This document shows, in pieces, positions 1-11,060 of a stretch of DNA of 64,000 nucleotides; within the stretch, counting starts at the first letter, position 1; each line of letters opens with the position of its first letter. Below the pieces are notes generated by a model. It was given only the letters and a program-made list of their open reading frames with translations, ran no database searches and had not been told where the DNA came from. The position numbers and the translations under genes were made by a program. Where the stretch lies: the NCBI GenBank assembly GCA_965199825.1, contig OZ241329.1, forward strand, positions 1,408,001 through 1,472,000, in the 5' to 3' direction. Source of the stretch: Bdellovibrionales bacterium (GTDB lineage Bacteria; Bdellovibrionota; Bdellovibrionia; Bdellovibrionales; UBA1609).

Positions 1-81
1 AAGTTCAACGACTTCTGACAAAAATACATTTACCAAATTCACCAAGTTTGTAGCAACTCATGCGTGGTATAAATCTGGCAG

Positions 82-1908
82 ATGAAATATTTTTTTCTAT
101 TTATTTTGAGTCTGAATGTTTATGCAAGCCCACCGGCATGTGAATCAGCACTTGCTCTCCAATTTCCTCACGCTTGGCGCATAGATCAAAATGCAGTTGA
201 TCAATACCTAAGAGCAAATCCCCAAGATCAAGTGACATTACAAAATTATTCTCGACTTGCTCATTTTATTGAAGACCCAAGAAATACAGAAATGTTTGAA
301 TGGCTAGGCAGTCAGTATTTTTTGAGTGTAATGGATCGAGCTCTTCCGTTTTCCGCCGAGCGAATTGAACAGGTATTGGAAAAAACACAGAATTTGTATC
401 GGTCTATAGGAAAAGAAATTGATAAAGAACAGCTAAGCTTGTCGATAAAAAATATAAGGGAGCTACAGACCGAAGAATTTGAACAGGCCGGGCTTTTTGG
501 ATTAAAATATTTTACCGAGGGTGAGGGAAGACATCTACTTTCAGATTTAAGTCTTAATGCGAATCATTTTTCGCAGCAAGAGCACATCCCAAAAAATTCG
601 CTGAGAGCCTTTCTCACTATTTTCCAGTTAATTTATTCCCGCCAACCCGAAATCCATAATTCAATGGAACAGCTTGATGGAAGCTACGAGCTCTTTTTTT
701 CGCTACTCGATCCAGCTGAATTTGAATCTTCTCACTCTAATCCGAAAGTCACTCCTTATTTCGATCCTACAATCCTGACAAAAATCAAATCTATACTTAA
801 ATCTTTAGGACAACCTGTCCCAACTTTGGGTCAAATGATTTCCCATAGTGAGGCCGCCCGTACGTACGTGATGAAAGGACTTACACAAAAATCAAAACAA
901 GAAATAACTCCACTAGAGTTTGAAATGATACTTGAACTAACGAATCAAATATTATTAAAAAAAAATCCTGAAATACCACCGCGTTTTTTGAATCTCATTG
1001 GGATCTTAAAAAACCAAGTTGACGATGAGGATACGATTTTCAATCTTTTGACCAATCCAAAATACAATCAAAAACAACAAAAAGAATTTAGAGAGAACTT
1101 CACTCTCCTCACTTTTCAAAATATACTGGCGATCCGCGCGGCTAGACTGGTGCTGTCTGACGGGGACAGGCACTCTTCACAATTTTTTGCGGTTATGTTG
1201 TCTACTTTAAGTCAGTCAGACATCACGATTGATCAAGGGTTTGAGCCCGTACTTCAAAAAATCCTAACTGAAGTTTTTTTAAAGAAGCGTGTGCTTTCAT
1301 CGCAAGAATATTACAACCTTTTAAAGAGTCGGCTAAAACAAAAAATTGCCTCCACTCTCAAGCAATTTCCTCAACGTCCAGAAAAACTGATTTTATTCTC
1401 AAAGCCGTCGATTCAACCTCCATTGCTTTCGACAAGACAAGAACGAATCGATGGATATGTAAAAACTGAATTGCGAGTCGACCTAAAGCCTATCGAACGT
1501 GAGGTTGTCCAACAAACTCCTTCGTTGATAGAGCAAGATCTTTTCTCAAAGTTGCTGGATACGCCCAGCGATCTCACAGATGCGCGCAAGAGACTGCTCG
1601 ACTTGGTTAAATCAGATGAGAGTGTCACAATCACGACCAAACGATTTGGATTTAAATATCGAGTCGATTTTTCTGCCGATGCTTTACACGAGCTCACCAA
1701 CCCAAAACAGGGATGGCCCCAGGATTTTCGCCCGTGGCTTGAAGCGATGCGGAAGGGACCTGCTCGAGCTCAGGCCCAAAATGGTTGGATCAGAATGAGC
1801 AGCTACGAATGGAAAATAAAGCTGATCACTTCGCCTTACCGACTGTATGGCTATCGCGATGGGGAAGGTCTATTTCATTTTACCCATTTTGAACTTGAGC
1901 ATAGGTAA
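82..1908 (+). CDS. Secreted hypothetical protein with putative C-terminal RelE/ParE-like domain
   Basis: 608-aa ORF; Sec-type signal MKYFFLFILSLNVYA; last ~84 aa (YRVDFSADALHEL...WKIKL..PYRLYG...HFELEHR) follow the RelE pattern. Confidence 0.6.
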   Translation: MKYFFLFILSLNVYASPPACESALALQFPHAWRIDQNAVDQYLRANPQDQVTLQNYSRLAHFIEDPRNTEMFEWLGSQYFLSVMDRALPFSAERIEQVLEKTQNLYRSIGKEIDKEQLSLSIKNIRELQTEEFEQAGLFGLKYFTEGEGRHLLSDLSLNANHFSQQEHIPKNSLRAFLTIFQLIYSRQPEIHNSMEQLDGSYELFFSLLDPAEFESSHSNPKVTPYFDPTILTKIKSILKSLGQPVPTLGQMISHSEAARTYVMKGLTQKSKQEITPLEFEMILELTNQILLKKNPEIPPRFLNLIGILKNQVDDEDTIFNLLTNPKYNQKQQKEFRENFTLLTFQNILAIRAARLVLSDGDRHSSQFFAVMLSTLSQSDITIDQGFEPVLQKILTEVFLKKRVLSSQEYYNLLKSRLKQKIASTLKQFPQRPEKLILFSKPSIQPPLLSTRQERIDGYVKTELRVDLKPIEREVVQQTPSLIEQDLFSKLLDTPSDLTDARKRLLDLVKSDESVTITTKRFGFKYRVDFSADALHELTNPKQGWPQDFRPWLEAMRKGPARAQAQNGWIRMSSYEWKIKLITSPYRLYGYRDGEGLFHFTHFELEHR

Positions 1909-2027
1909 GCTTGTGCAGTTGAGTTGATTCGTGTGATCTTGCTTAATCTGTTACAGAACAAGGTTCAAATCTATCTGAAATAGACAAGCATAAACTGAAT
2001 CAGTTGAGTTCGCGAGGAGCGCAAAAA

Positions 2028-3029
2028 ATGAAAACACTTTCGAACACCGAAATCTCGGTTCTAGATTTAGCCAGAGTCTCGCCAAATCAGACTCTTGCTC
2101 AAACTTTTAAACATTTGCGAACAACCGCTCAACACATTGAGCAGTTGGGCTACAAGCGCTATTGGCTAGCCGAGCATCATAGTCTTGAAGGCATTGCGAG
2201 TGCGGCGACCTCGATTTTAATCGGCCATATTGCTGAGCACACAAACACAATTCGAGTGGGTTCAGGCGGCATTATGCTTCCGAATCATGCGCCATTAATT
2301 ATTGCCGAGCAGTTTGGAACTTTAGCCACATTGTTTCCCAATAGAATTGATTTAGGATTGGGACGCGCTCCGGGATCAGATCAACAAACGATGCGTGCCC
2401 TTCGCAGGGATCATCCTCAATCAGAAAATGATTTTGGCGATCTGATCGAAGAGTTGCTTTATTTTTTTTCACCCGCAGCGCCTGGCCAAAAAGTAAAAGC
2501 CATTCCGGGTGAAGGGATCAATGTTCCCATTATTATTTTGGGTTCGAGTCTTTACAGTGCCCACTTGGCGGCTCGCATGGGAAGGCCCTATGCTTTTGCA
2601 GGACATTTTGCTCCGGCTGCGATGATGGAAGCTTTCGAGATTTACCGCAGAGAGTTTCAGCCGTCAGAAGTTTTAAAAGAGCCTTACCTCATGGCTGGCA
2701 TTCCGGTGATTGCTGCAGAGACCGATGAGCACGCCCACTTTCTTGCAACCAGCATTCAACAAACTTACCTTGCGTTGATCCGAGGTGAACGAACATTTTC
2801 AAAACCACCAGTCGAAGATATCAATACGGTTTGGAATCCACGTGAAAAAGCGGCAGTCGAATCGATGTTGGCTTTGCTCGTTACAGGTTCGCCAATAATG
2901 GTGCGCGAGGGTCTTGATTATTTTATTAAAGCCACCGGTGTCGATGAGCTGGTTATCACTTCGGATACTTTTAATTCTGAAGATCGGTTGAAATCTTTTG
3001 AGCTTATTGCTCAGGCGAAGGCGTTGTAG
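2028..3029 (+). CDS. LLM-class flavin-dependent oxidoreductase (luciferase-like monooxygenase)
   Basis: Motifs [44 protein letters not shown] at 2014-2019 before ATG 2028. Confidence 0.93.
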   Translation: MKTLSNTEISVLDLARVSPNQTLAQTFKHLRTTAQHIEQLGYKRYWLAEHHSLEGIASAATSILIGHIAEHTNTIRVGSGGIMLPNHAPLIIAEQFGTLATLFPNRIDLGLGRAPGSDQQTMRALRRDHPQSENDFGDLIEELLYFFSPAAPGQKVKAIPGEGINVPIIILGSSLYSAHLAARMGRPYAFAGHFAPAAMMEAFEIYRREFQPSEVLKEPYLMAGIPVIAAETDEHAHFLATSIQQTYLALIRGERTFSKPPVEDINTVWNPREKAAVESMLALLVTGSPIMVREGLDYFIKATGVDELVITSDTFNSEDRLKSFELIAQAKAL

Positions 3030-3181
3030 TTGACCTCACCTCATAATTTGCACGCCGCGAAATAAATTCGCAGATCCCGCCTCAGCCAAAGTCCAGCTCA
3101 AAAAAATTATGAGATCCACTTGACGGTTTTTATGGCGACCTCAATTTGCTTATATAAACAATTAACCAATGGAGGTCTTCA

Positions 3182-3709
3182 ATGAGAAGTTTAGTTTCAA
3201 GCAATTGGTCCTCACCACGCCGCACTTTACCTTCGAACATATTTGCAGATGTTTTTGGTGATTTTGATCGTATTGCCAATGCTTTGTACCAATCAACGTT
3301 AACCGCGCCACTCAATTTTCAGCCGAGCTGCGATGTGCATGAGGCCGACGATCACTACATGATCAGCTTTGATGTGCCAGGGATTAAAAAAGAAGATATC
3401 AAAATTGATGTTCAGGGCAATCAATTGACGGTGACAGGTGAGCGTCAGCAAGTCGCCAAAAACAATGGCGAGTATTCGATCCATCACGAACGCGTCTATG
3501 GAAAATTTGAAAGAACATTTATACTGCCCAATTCGGTAAATCCTGAAAAGATTGAAGCCCATTATGAAGATGGTGTTTTAAATGTGGCGCTTCCCAAATC
3601 TGAAAGTTCAAAACCGCGCACCATCGAAGTGCAATCCGGCCACGACAGAAAATTTCTGGGTGGCAAAAAAGATTCTTCAAAAGATATGAAGGAGATTGGG
3701 GTTTCTTAA
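3182..3709 (+). CDS. Hsp20/alpha-crystallin small heat-shock protein
   Basis: DVPGIKKEDI, ERVYGKFERTFILP, AHYEDGVLNVALPK; GGAGG RBS upstream. Confidence 0.95.
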   Translation: MRSLVSSNWSSPRRTLPSNIFADVFGDFDRIANALYQSTLTAPLNFQPSCDVHEADDHYMISFDVPGIKKEDIKIDVQGNQLTVTGERQQVAKNNGEYSIHHERVYGKFERTFILPNSVNPEKIEAHYEDGVLNVALPKSESSKPRTIEVQSGHDRKFLGGKKDSSKDMKEIGVS

Positions 3710-3723
3710 CGTAGCTTTGATTG

Positions 3724-3757
3724 TCGGGTGTTGCTTTGGGTGACACCCGATTTTATT
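3724..3757 (+). terminator. Rho-independent terminator after hsp20
   Basis: TCGGGTGTTGC...GTGACACCCGA stem (two G-U pairs) followed by TTTTATT. Confidence 0.75.
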
Positions 3758-4052
3758 GAGTTGTGCCACTCAAAAAGCTCACTTCCTCAATTTGCCAAAT
3801 AGTTTATTTTAAAGTCGGTGGATGCATCTTCTTAAACCGCGTGCGCAAGAACTCAAATAACTTCTTTGCTTAGCGTTGAGTTCGCGACCCACAGTGGACA
3901 CCGCAAAAATGGATGTGGGTTTATCGAGTCGTTTGTAATAGAGCAGTCGGTGCCTCCTCAGATTAGATCGAACTTTGAATAAAGAGTTTGAATTTTGTTG
4001 ATCAAGCTTGGTGGAGTGCGGACGCGAATGGCTTTGTGAATCCTTATGATTA

Positions 4053-4256
4053 TTGCCTCCGCTGTTTGCTGATTTTGCGAGTGAACGCTCTTTGGTTAGT
4101 GGAGACGGAACGCAGTTGAAGGATGGTGGTGCGGCAATGACGGCCTATGCGCGAATGAAATTTTCGGATATCCCAGATCAGGAGCTCGGTGCATTGGGTA
4201 AAGCGCTGCTTAAGTATTATGAATTGGATATGCTTGCTATGGTTATGATTTATTAG
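4053..4256 (+). pseudogene. C-terminal fragment of a DUF2779-type protein
   Basis: DGGAAMTAYARM...ALLKYYELDMLAMVMIY resembles the conserved C-terminus (LKYCELDTLAMV) of that family; no upstream part present. Confidence 0.65.
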
Positions 4257-4387
4257 TGCTTTTGTGAGGCAGTTAAGCTGCGACATTTAATAAACAATTA
4301 ATTTTTTAAAAGTGATGTTTGTACAGCTAAAAAGTTAGAAATAGAATAGATAATCTTAAAAGTTTTAAAAGCTTATAAAGAGATCTT

Positions 4388-5386
4388 ATGAACATTAAAT
4401 ACGCTTATCTGATATTTGATTTATCACATCCTTTTCCAAGTATCGAGCATCCTTTTTATTTTGATGAAACAACATATATCCAGACTGCATCACTTTCGAA
4501 TGATTTTAAATCGGAACAATCAATACATTGGGTGGGTTGGTTGGGGACTATAGTTTGGGATAGTTTATCTCATCCTCAACATATTATTAAAACTTGGAAA
4601 ACAACCGTCACTCCAGGAATTTTTGATGAGGATAATTTAAATTTGAAATCGAAAGTAACGGAAATTTTTAATTCGATTAAATTGGTAGGCCCGCTAAAGG
4701 CGCCTTCAAGAGCCTGCATACTCACTGGTGACGGAATTTTAAAAGATGGACTTCTGGTTGCGAGTACAATCAAAGAGTTTACTGAGATGAAAACTTGGAT
4801 CAGTGCTTTTTTCTTTCAAAATTGGGATGACGACATTATAAATTGGACGAAGGGTCAGGTAGGCGGTACCCACGTCTTAGATGTGTGGAAAAGATGTTGG
4901 AATAAATTAGTTAATCTTTTGAAAAATCAGACAGATTATCAGCAACTTGTTGAGGCCCATCGTTCGTTTGAGGAAGCACTATCGAATTCACAATTGGAAT
5001 TTAAGATTCCTAATTTGGTGCGAGCATTAGAATGTATTGTCGATTGCTGGGGCAATCTACAATTTGCTGAAAGAGTGATGTATCTTTTGGGCCACCCTGA
5101 TACTTCATTGCCTTTTGAAATTTCGGAAAATACCGATGTTCTGCTTCAAGACCTTTATCAACTTCGAAACGATTGTTCGCACGGCAAAATCTTCGCCTAT
5201 TCAATGGAACAAAAACTTCATAGAATGCCTAGCGATAGGGAAATTGGAAGATATGAGTTTTTATCGGAGTGGGCAGTCAGAAAATTACTAAATGATTCTT
5301 TACAGAATCCAATTATGCTCCAGATTTCAAAAAATAGGGCCACTGTGGAATCTGCTTGGAAAAACCAATTAATTTTACCGTTGTGA
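4388..5386 (+). CDS. HEPN-domain protein (ApeA/MAE_28990-like), putative defence RNase
   Basis: LVRALECIV helix followed by LYQLRNDCSHG (RxxxxH motif at 5165-5182); AT-rich. Confidence 0.7.
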   Translation: MNIKYAYLIFDLSHPFPSIEHPFYFDETTYIQTASLSNDFKSEQSIHWVGWLGTIVWDSLSHPQHIIKTWKTTVTPGIFDEDNLNLKSKVTEIFNSIKLVGPLKAPSRACILTGDGILKDGLLVASTIKEFTEMKTWISAFFFQNWDDDIINWTKGQVGGTHVLDVWKRCWNKLVNLLKNQTDYQQLVEAHRSFEEALSNSQLEFKIPNLVRALECIVDCWGNLQFAERVMYLLGHPDTSLPFEISENTDVLLQDLYQLRNDCSHGKIFAYSMEQKLHRMPSDREIGRYEFLSEWAVRKLLNDSLQNPIMLQISKNRATVESAWKNQLILPL

Positions 5387-6037
5387 AAGTAGAACTTAGG
5401 CGTTGGTTCTTAAATTTTTTGACATATATATTCACGCAAAATATCTTCAGAATACAAAGTAAGGGTGTGGTGCATTAATTGTTTGATGAAGTTTAAATTT
5501 TTTATTATTCAGATTTACTATTTAAGAAGTCTATGCACAATTATACCTGGCACTAACTTAAAATTATAGTCTAAAAATGCTTCTTTCCGTATACGTGGCA
5601 ACGATGGTTTAAGATCGCATCACGCCTATGCTCTTACAAACCACAATGCTTCTTCAAGACACTGGTATAAACAAAATTATATATATGAGCGAAACCCTAA
5701 TACGATTTAAAAACAAAGTCCTATAGTCACTAGTGCAGTCCCATCTTTACTGTCTCATTTTTGTCCGCTACTGACTTAGCATGTAAAGCTCTTCTGGTTT
5801 GCAACCATCATATCAGAATTTTTTTACCGTCTGCACCGGACAATATTTTAGTCTTCTCCACGCACTTTGTTAGGCGTGGAAAAAGTCTTAAAATACAATA
5901 ATAGCCAAAATTTACCGTTCAATTTCGAGACATCTAAACTTATTTACCACTAATATAGTAAAAATAATTTTTTTTTGCCTGCGCTAAAGCGCTAATCTTG
6001 CCGAAGGGATAAGGAATCATTATCGGGAGAATTCGAA

Positions 6038-6952
6038 ATGGCAAAAGAAACCAAACAAGATCGCGTTGCACGACTCATTCTAGATCAGGTGACTGAACAT
6101 ATGCACGAGCTGAAAAGTCTCGAGAGCATGTCGAACGCAAAAGAAAGCGACGTAGAGAAGTGGGCCCAAAGTTTCTTGAAAAGCTGTTTGGGATACGTTT
6201 CGTCTGCTGGATATTCTATTCGCTCTCAGGAATCGAAAGGTAAAATGCGGCCGGATCTAATTGTTTTAAAGGACGACAAACCAATTTTCGTCGTTGAAAT
6301 CAAACGCTTTGGTTTCGATTTAAAAAAATCAGACTTAAGATCTGGCAAACTGCAACTCAACGAGTACCTACAACAAATTGGTAACGTCCGCTGGGGAGTT
6401 TTAACAAATGGAATTGAGTGGAAGCTTTTTGATTTCGCACAACCACAGTATAACGGTATAGAAGTAGCTGCTTTTGATCTCAAAGCAGATCATGATACGA
6501 TTGATCTTACAAAAAAAGTAATCGAAGAGCAATGCTATGATTTGCTTGATTTTCATGAAACGGCCTACGCCGCATCAGCATGGTCTGATCTCTCTAAGGA
6601 GGCCACTGCTTTTTCGCCTGAGTCATTGGCAAAAGCGATTCTCAGTGCTGACACCGTCAAGTATGTTGCTCGCATGATTAAAGGCGAGCATGAATTCAAA
6701 GCGAATCATGATGTGCTTACTGACCGGATTTATTGGCTGCTCGAGCATGGGCTCAAGGAAGTTGTTTCTGGTTGGAATGAATCTCGCGCAACCGAATTAC
6801 ATAAATTTATCAAGGCGCAAAAGCGAGCAGCGCGTAAAGTCAAATCGGTTCGGAAATCTCATCAGAGCGAGCATGTCGAGCTTGGAACTACTCGGTCGTT
6901 AGATGATGAATCAACGGTCTTAATAGTTAGCGATGAAAAAAAATCAGCGTAA
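6038..6952 (+). CDS. Stand-alone type I restriction HsdR N-terminal-like PD-(D/E)xK nuclease domain protein
   Basis: RPDLIV...VEIKR, QLNEYL (QxxxY), WGVLTNGIEWKLF; no helicase or methylase domain. Confidence 0.8.
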   Translation: MAKETKQDRVARLILDQVTEHMHELKSLESMSNAKESDVEKWAQSFLKSCLGYVSSAGYSIRSQESKGKMRPDLIVLKDDKPIFVVEIKRFGFDLKKSDLRSGKLQLNEYLQQIGNVRWGVLTNGIEWKLFDFAQPQYNGIEVAAFDLKADHDTIDLTKKVIEEQCYDLLDFHETAYAASAWSDLSKEATAFSPESLAKAILSADTVKYVARMIKGEHEFKANHDVLTDRIYWLLEHGLKEVVSGWNESRATELHKFIKAQKRAARKVKSVRKSHQSEHVELGTTRSLDDESTVLIVSDEKKSA

Positions 6953-7094
6953 ACGAAATAATTTGATCGCAATAATTTTGCAGTATGCGCCAAGCGCTCG
7001 AGAATTCTAGAGAACTAATAGTTTTCTGGAAGAATTAATTGATCTGCAAACGCAAGCATGCCCAGCAGTTCAATGAAATACATTACGAGACCGG

Positions 7095-7270
7095 ATATGA
7101 ATTGGCATTCACAACGACGAGATTATGCAGACCGAAAATGTTTTGAGTGGCAGCAATTTAAAAACACAGCTGGATGCGGTTGCGACCAATTTGATCGGAC
7201 CGATGGTTTTGACTCAAGCCCTCCTGCCACATCTCTTAAAACAAAAAACAGCGACCAACCTGACACTAAT
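7095..7270 (+). pseudogene. Degraded short-chain dehydrogenase (DltE-like) fragment
   Basis: IHNDEIMQTENVL...VATNLIGPMVLTQALLPHLLKQKTAT matches the SDR NNAG-to-helix E segment; flanks not coding; limits approximate. Confidence 0.6.
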
Positions 7271-7399
7271 GATAACCGTAAATATAAAAATTTTATCAGA
7301 TTCATTATAAATAAATAATTTTTATTAAGTAAAGTTAAAATAATTAAAAGATATGGGTCATAACATTTAGAAGCCTAATAGGTAAATTCATTAAAAATC

Positions 7400-7726
7400 T
7401 TAGGGAAGCAGGGCTTTAGTGAGAGTGAGATTGATTAGAAGTCCAACGACAAAACTTGCTCCGATCAACATTTCAATGATATTTAGATTTTTCTTAGAGT
7501 CTAATTTGATTACTCCAAGAAACATTAATGATGCTCGACACAAGATGAAGGCAATAAAATAGAACAACCAAATCAATCCGATTACAGCCAAATCCTCATG
7601 ACGGAACAAAATTTTAATAAGAGAACCGTTGTACAACGAATAGATTGAGCCGAAAAATAGAAGTCTACCGAAAAAACTTTGAGGATATATCAAAAATTTA
7701 AGTTGATAAAAATTTAACTTTTTCAT
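7400..7726 (-). CDS. Small hypothetical membrane protein
   Basis: About three hydrophobic segments; likely start MKKLNF at 7726. Confidence 0.55.
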   Translation of the reverse strand: MKKLNFYQLKFLIYPQSFFGRLLFFGSIYSLYNGSLIKILFRHEDLAVIGLIWLFYFIAFILCRASLMFLGVIKLDSKKNLNIIEMLIGASFVVGLLINLTLTKALLP

Positions 7727-8536
7727 TCTTAAGAGGTAGCATCTACCGTGCCATGACAATAGAATTCTGAATGTTTTGGGTGCACGCGGTGTACAAGTTT
7801 TTAAGAGTTGAAACACTTTTATACAAAAATTTAAATTCGTTACGATGTCTACATCTATGAGGTCAAAATATATGAATAATGATAGTCAAAATCTCATTTT
7901 GATGCAGATTTGCCTTTTGATATTATGTTTTTTATTCGTATTCCTTAGAAATTTGACGACTAAACTTAAAACTTGTTTATTAAAATTATATAATTCAGAG
8001 CACTGATCCTTAAAATTAAATACAGCCTACACATTTTGTTGTTTCGACCATTTCATTGAAAAATGACTTCAACTCTACTCAATTGCGTTAACTCAAGGCC
8101 GTATCATTCTGAATTCTATATTTTTACCCGTTAAAAACTATCCCCTAGATTAGTTATTTCATAATCTCAAAGTACATTATGAGAGCGGTGAAAAATGGCG
8201 CGATACAAAAAGTTGAATAAGTTAATAGCAAAAATGTTCCTGCTTTTGATACCCGTGTTTAAGGTTTTGAATGTTGAGAATTCTCAAATTAAATTTTTGC
8301 TCTTAATTCTGAATAAAAATATATTTGTTTATATATAAATAAGATAAATCTTTGGAAGGTATGATCTACTTTTCGAAATTTGGTAACGAAATTTCTCTTA
8401 GTTATCATTATAGTTTAATGTTAGTTGAGTTTTTTTTGCATATCTACATTCATTATTGAGATAGTCTCGATAACACATAGCTTTTTACAAGTTAATCAAA
8501 TGGATCTTAAAAACAAATATAAACAAAAAGGATCTC

Positions 8537-9331
8537 ATGCCCGACTCCCTAAACAGATTCAAAGACAAAGTAGTTATAGTCACCGGCGCAGGCTCGGGTA
8601 TCGGAGCAGCCACAGCTCGCCGCTTTCTCAGTGAAGGCGCCTCGGTCGCCCTCAACGGACGAAGAAAAGAAAAACTAACAGAGACCACCACCGACTTTGA
8701 TCCCAACAAATTATTAATTCAACCAGGAGACATCTCGCAAGAAGATGATGTGCGTAGTCTCATCGACGCAACCGTAAAAAAATTCGGTAAGCTCGATGTC
8801 CTAGTAAACAACGCAGGTTTTGCCAACTTCGGCCCGTTCGACACGGTGACCACCGATGATTGGCGAAAGACAATGGCCACCGATTTAGACGGTGTGTTTT
8901 TTGGCTGTCGCGAAGCGCTTCCACATTTGCTTAAAACAAAAGGCTCGATCATCAATCTGTCTTCGACGTCGGGACTCGGCGGCGACTGGGGGATGAGCTC
9001 CTACAATGCCGCAAAAGGTGCGGTCACAAATTTCACACGTGCACTGGCCCTCGAATATGGCTCACGCGGTGTCCGCATCAATGCCGTAGCCCCAAGCTTC
9101 ACTTCAACCGAAGCAACCAGTGAGCTCGAAAAAAATGAAGATGTGCTCGCAGCCTTTCGTGATCGCATGCCGGTTGGCCGTGTTGCGACGCCCGATGACG
9201 TTGCGAGTGTGATTGCATTTCTTGCTAGTGAAGATGCGGTGTTCGTCAACGGCGTGATCTTGCCTGTAGACGGAGGACTCAGCGCCTCAAACGGGCAACC
9301 CAATTTTTTAAAAATATTTAATCAAGATTGA
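8537..9331 (+). CDS. Classical SDR family NAD(P)-dependent oxidoreductase
   Basis: TGAGSGIG, NNAG, YNAAK, VDGG motifs. Confidence 0.95.
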   Translation: MPDSLNRFKDKVVIVTGAGSGIGAATARRFLSEGASVALNGRRKEKLTETTTDFDPNKLLIQPGDISQEDDVRSLIDATVKKFGKLDVLVNNAGFANFGPFDTVTTDDWRKTMATDLDGVFFGCREALPHLLKTKGSIINLSSTSGLGGDWGMSSYNAAKGAVTNFTRALALEYGSRGVRINAVAPSFTSTEATSELEKNEDVLAAFRDRMPVGRVATPDDVASVIAFLASEDAVFVNGVILPVDGGLSASNGQPNFLKIFNQD

Positions 9332-9440
9332 GCTTCTGGCTTCAGCGCGGATTATTTAGAGAAATGAGTGAGCGGTGATAAACTTATTGTCCAATAAGTT
9401 AGTTGTTTCTTTTGCCAATTCAGAATGCGAGCTCAGGCCC

Positions 9441-9578
9441 ATGAAGTATTTAAATAAAATCTCTATAGCCTCCATTGCCATGATAGCTTCACTCGCTTTT
9501 GGAAACACTCTTCCTCAAGAGTCAAAACCCAAAAATAAATGTGAAACGATCGTGAGCAGCAATCCAAAAAATTACTGA
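9441..9578 (+). pseudogene. Truncated secreted-protein gene (signal peptide plus short stub)
   Basis: MKYLNKISIASIAMIASLAFG signal followed by a stop after ~45 aa. Confidence 0.35.
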
Positions 9579-9706
9579 TCAACGAGGTCCTTCATACCTA
9601 TGGCGCTGGAGAAGTCAGATATCTCAACGGGCGGGCAGTCTGAACGCACGCGTCTCGACATCACTCCCGCTCGCAAAAATTCAGGAGGCACTCGACCTTT
9701 CAGAGA

Positions 9707-10904
9707 ATGGAAGGACGCATGGGTTCCTACGGATTAGCAAAAAGACGAGACTCCAAATTTAAAAAAACTGTAGGAGCGGTCGCTTATGAAGTAAAATTAC
9801 TCAAGCGGAGGAATTTTCTTTTGAACAGTCATCCTATTTTGATCATCGCTTTATTTATTTTTTTTAGCCCCGTAGTCTTGGCAGAGCCACGCTGCTCGAC
9901 ATACTCACTGTCAAATATACTGTCCAACTCGAAAGTTGAGTTTGATAAGTTATTTGGATGCTTAGAGTGTAAGGCAGTCAAACCGATTTGCGAACTTTCA
10001 AAAAAACATTTGCCTAAATTGATACTCATTGGTGAGGACGATCATAATGCGGATACAACAATTGAAATTCGTAAGGGTTTGATGAAAGCTGCACTTGACG
10101 GCAAATACCCTCTCGCCTCAGAGATTGGCTCTGATATCAGTTTACTTCCGTGGATGGCTTCAGACGCTGCAACAACGCTTGGTCGCCAATCAACAGGCAA
10201 ACTATATGGCATCGAAGATTCCATGGCGTATTCAGTCCAAGCGTCATATTTAGTGCAAGACAGTCAGCTCTACCATTACGTGTCTCCCGCCGGTGCTCTT
10301 GAATGGGCAGCCGTTCGAGTACTCGCGTTAACCCATCGACAGGTATGCGTTTGAGAGAATGGTTAAAAGCGATTCCAAAGACCTTGAATCAAAAGTCATG
10401 AGTCGAATGAAAGAGGCCGTCGCAAGTTTTGACCAGAACCATGATGAGGCCCATTACCAAGAAATCATACAAACAGCATTGGCAGGCGACTACACTGCGG
10501 ATGAAATTTCTCAATTTTTAACAGCTCTTCATAAGCAAATATTGACCGTGGTAAACCAAAAGTATCCACGATATTTCGACGGCAAGCTGCTCAAATCTCT
10601 GTTAACAAAAGAAGATGGCAAGCGCCTCGGACTTGTTAACCAAAAAACTCCAGATCATACCACGATGAGAAATATCTATAACTTAAGAGATCAAACCTTC
10701 GCCAAAAACTTAGGCGACCTCTTATGCTACTACAGTGACAAGTCCGAATTCGTCGTGAGCAATATGGGAGTTTTTCATTTAGATGGAGTCGAAAAAATTT
10801 TAAGCAACTTGTCCAATAAACAATTAAAAATTGAACGCCTTATAAATTCAAAAGATGGCGACAGATTAAGAATTGAGGAGTTGCTCGGCGCTCATGAGCA
10901 GTAA
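9707..10904 (+). pseudogene. Hypothetical exported protein split into two ORFs (9707-10354 and 10359-10904) by a probable frameshift
   Basis: Second frame is open from 10332 (PIDRYAFERMVK) and overlaps the end of the first; LILIGEDDH in part 1 and MGVFHLDGV in part 2 resemble the two ends of one TraB/ChaN-like fold. Confidence 0.5.
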
Positions 10905-11060
10905 CCATTTGCTTCTGTAAAACTCCGTCACAAAGAATCTTTTTATAAGCCATTCCAAACCGCACATACGCTTGCAAGTTTTGCTAACTTTGGCGCTGAC
11001 TTTGTCAGCTCCGTATCAGGCATGATAATTGAACTTTGTCGGTATCTAAGGGAGCCACCT

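Noticed and set aside
2003..3887. 13-bp direct repeat GTTGAGTTCGCGA (2003-2015, 3875-3887) flanking the LLM and hsp20 genes
   Set aside because: A single short match with no mobile-element features; plausible by chance.
3800..4005. Possible minus-strand remnant of a LysR-like C-terminus (AKKLFEFLRTRF)
   Set aside because: Too short and interrupted to support without a search.
4008..4021. TTGGTGGAG(T)GCGG resembling the ssrA 3' end, as a distal att site of a 12.5-kb island
   Set aside because: Only 9 contiguous matching bases, which is near chance level, and no integrase is present; suggestive but unsupported.
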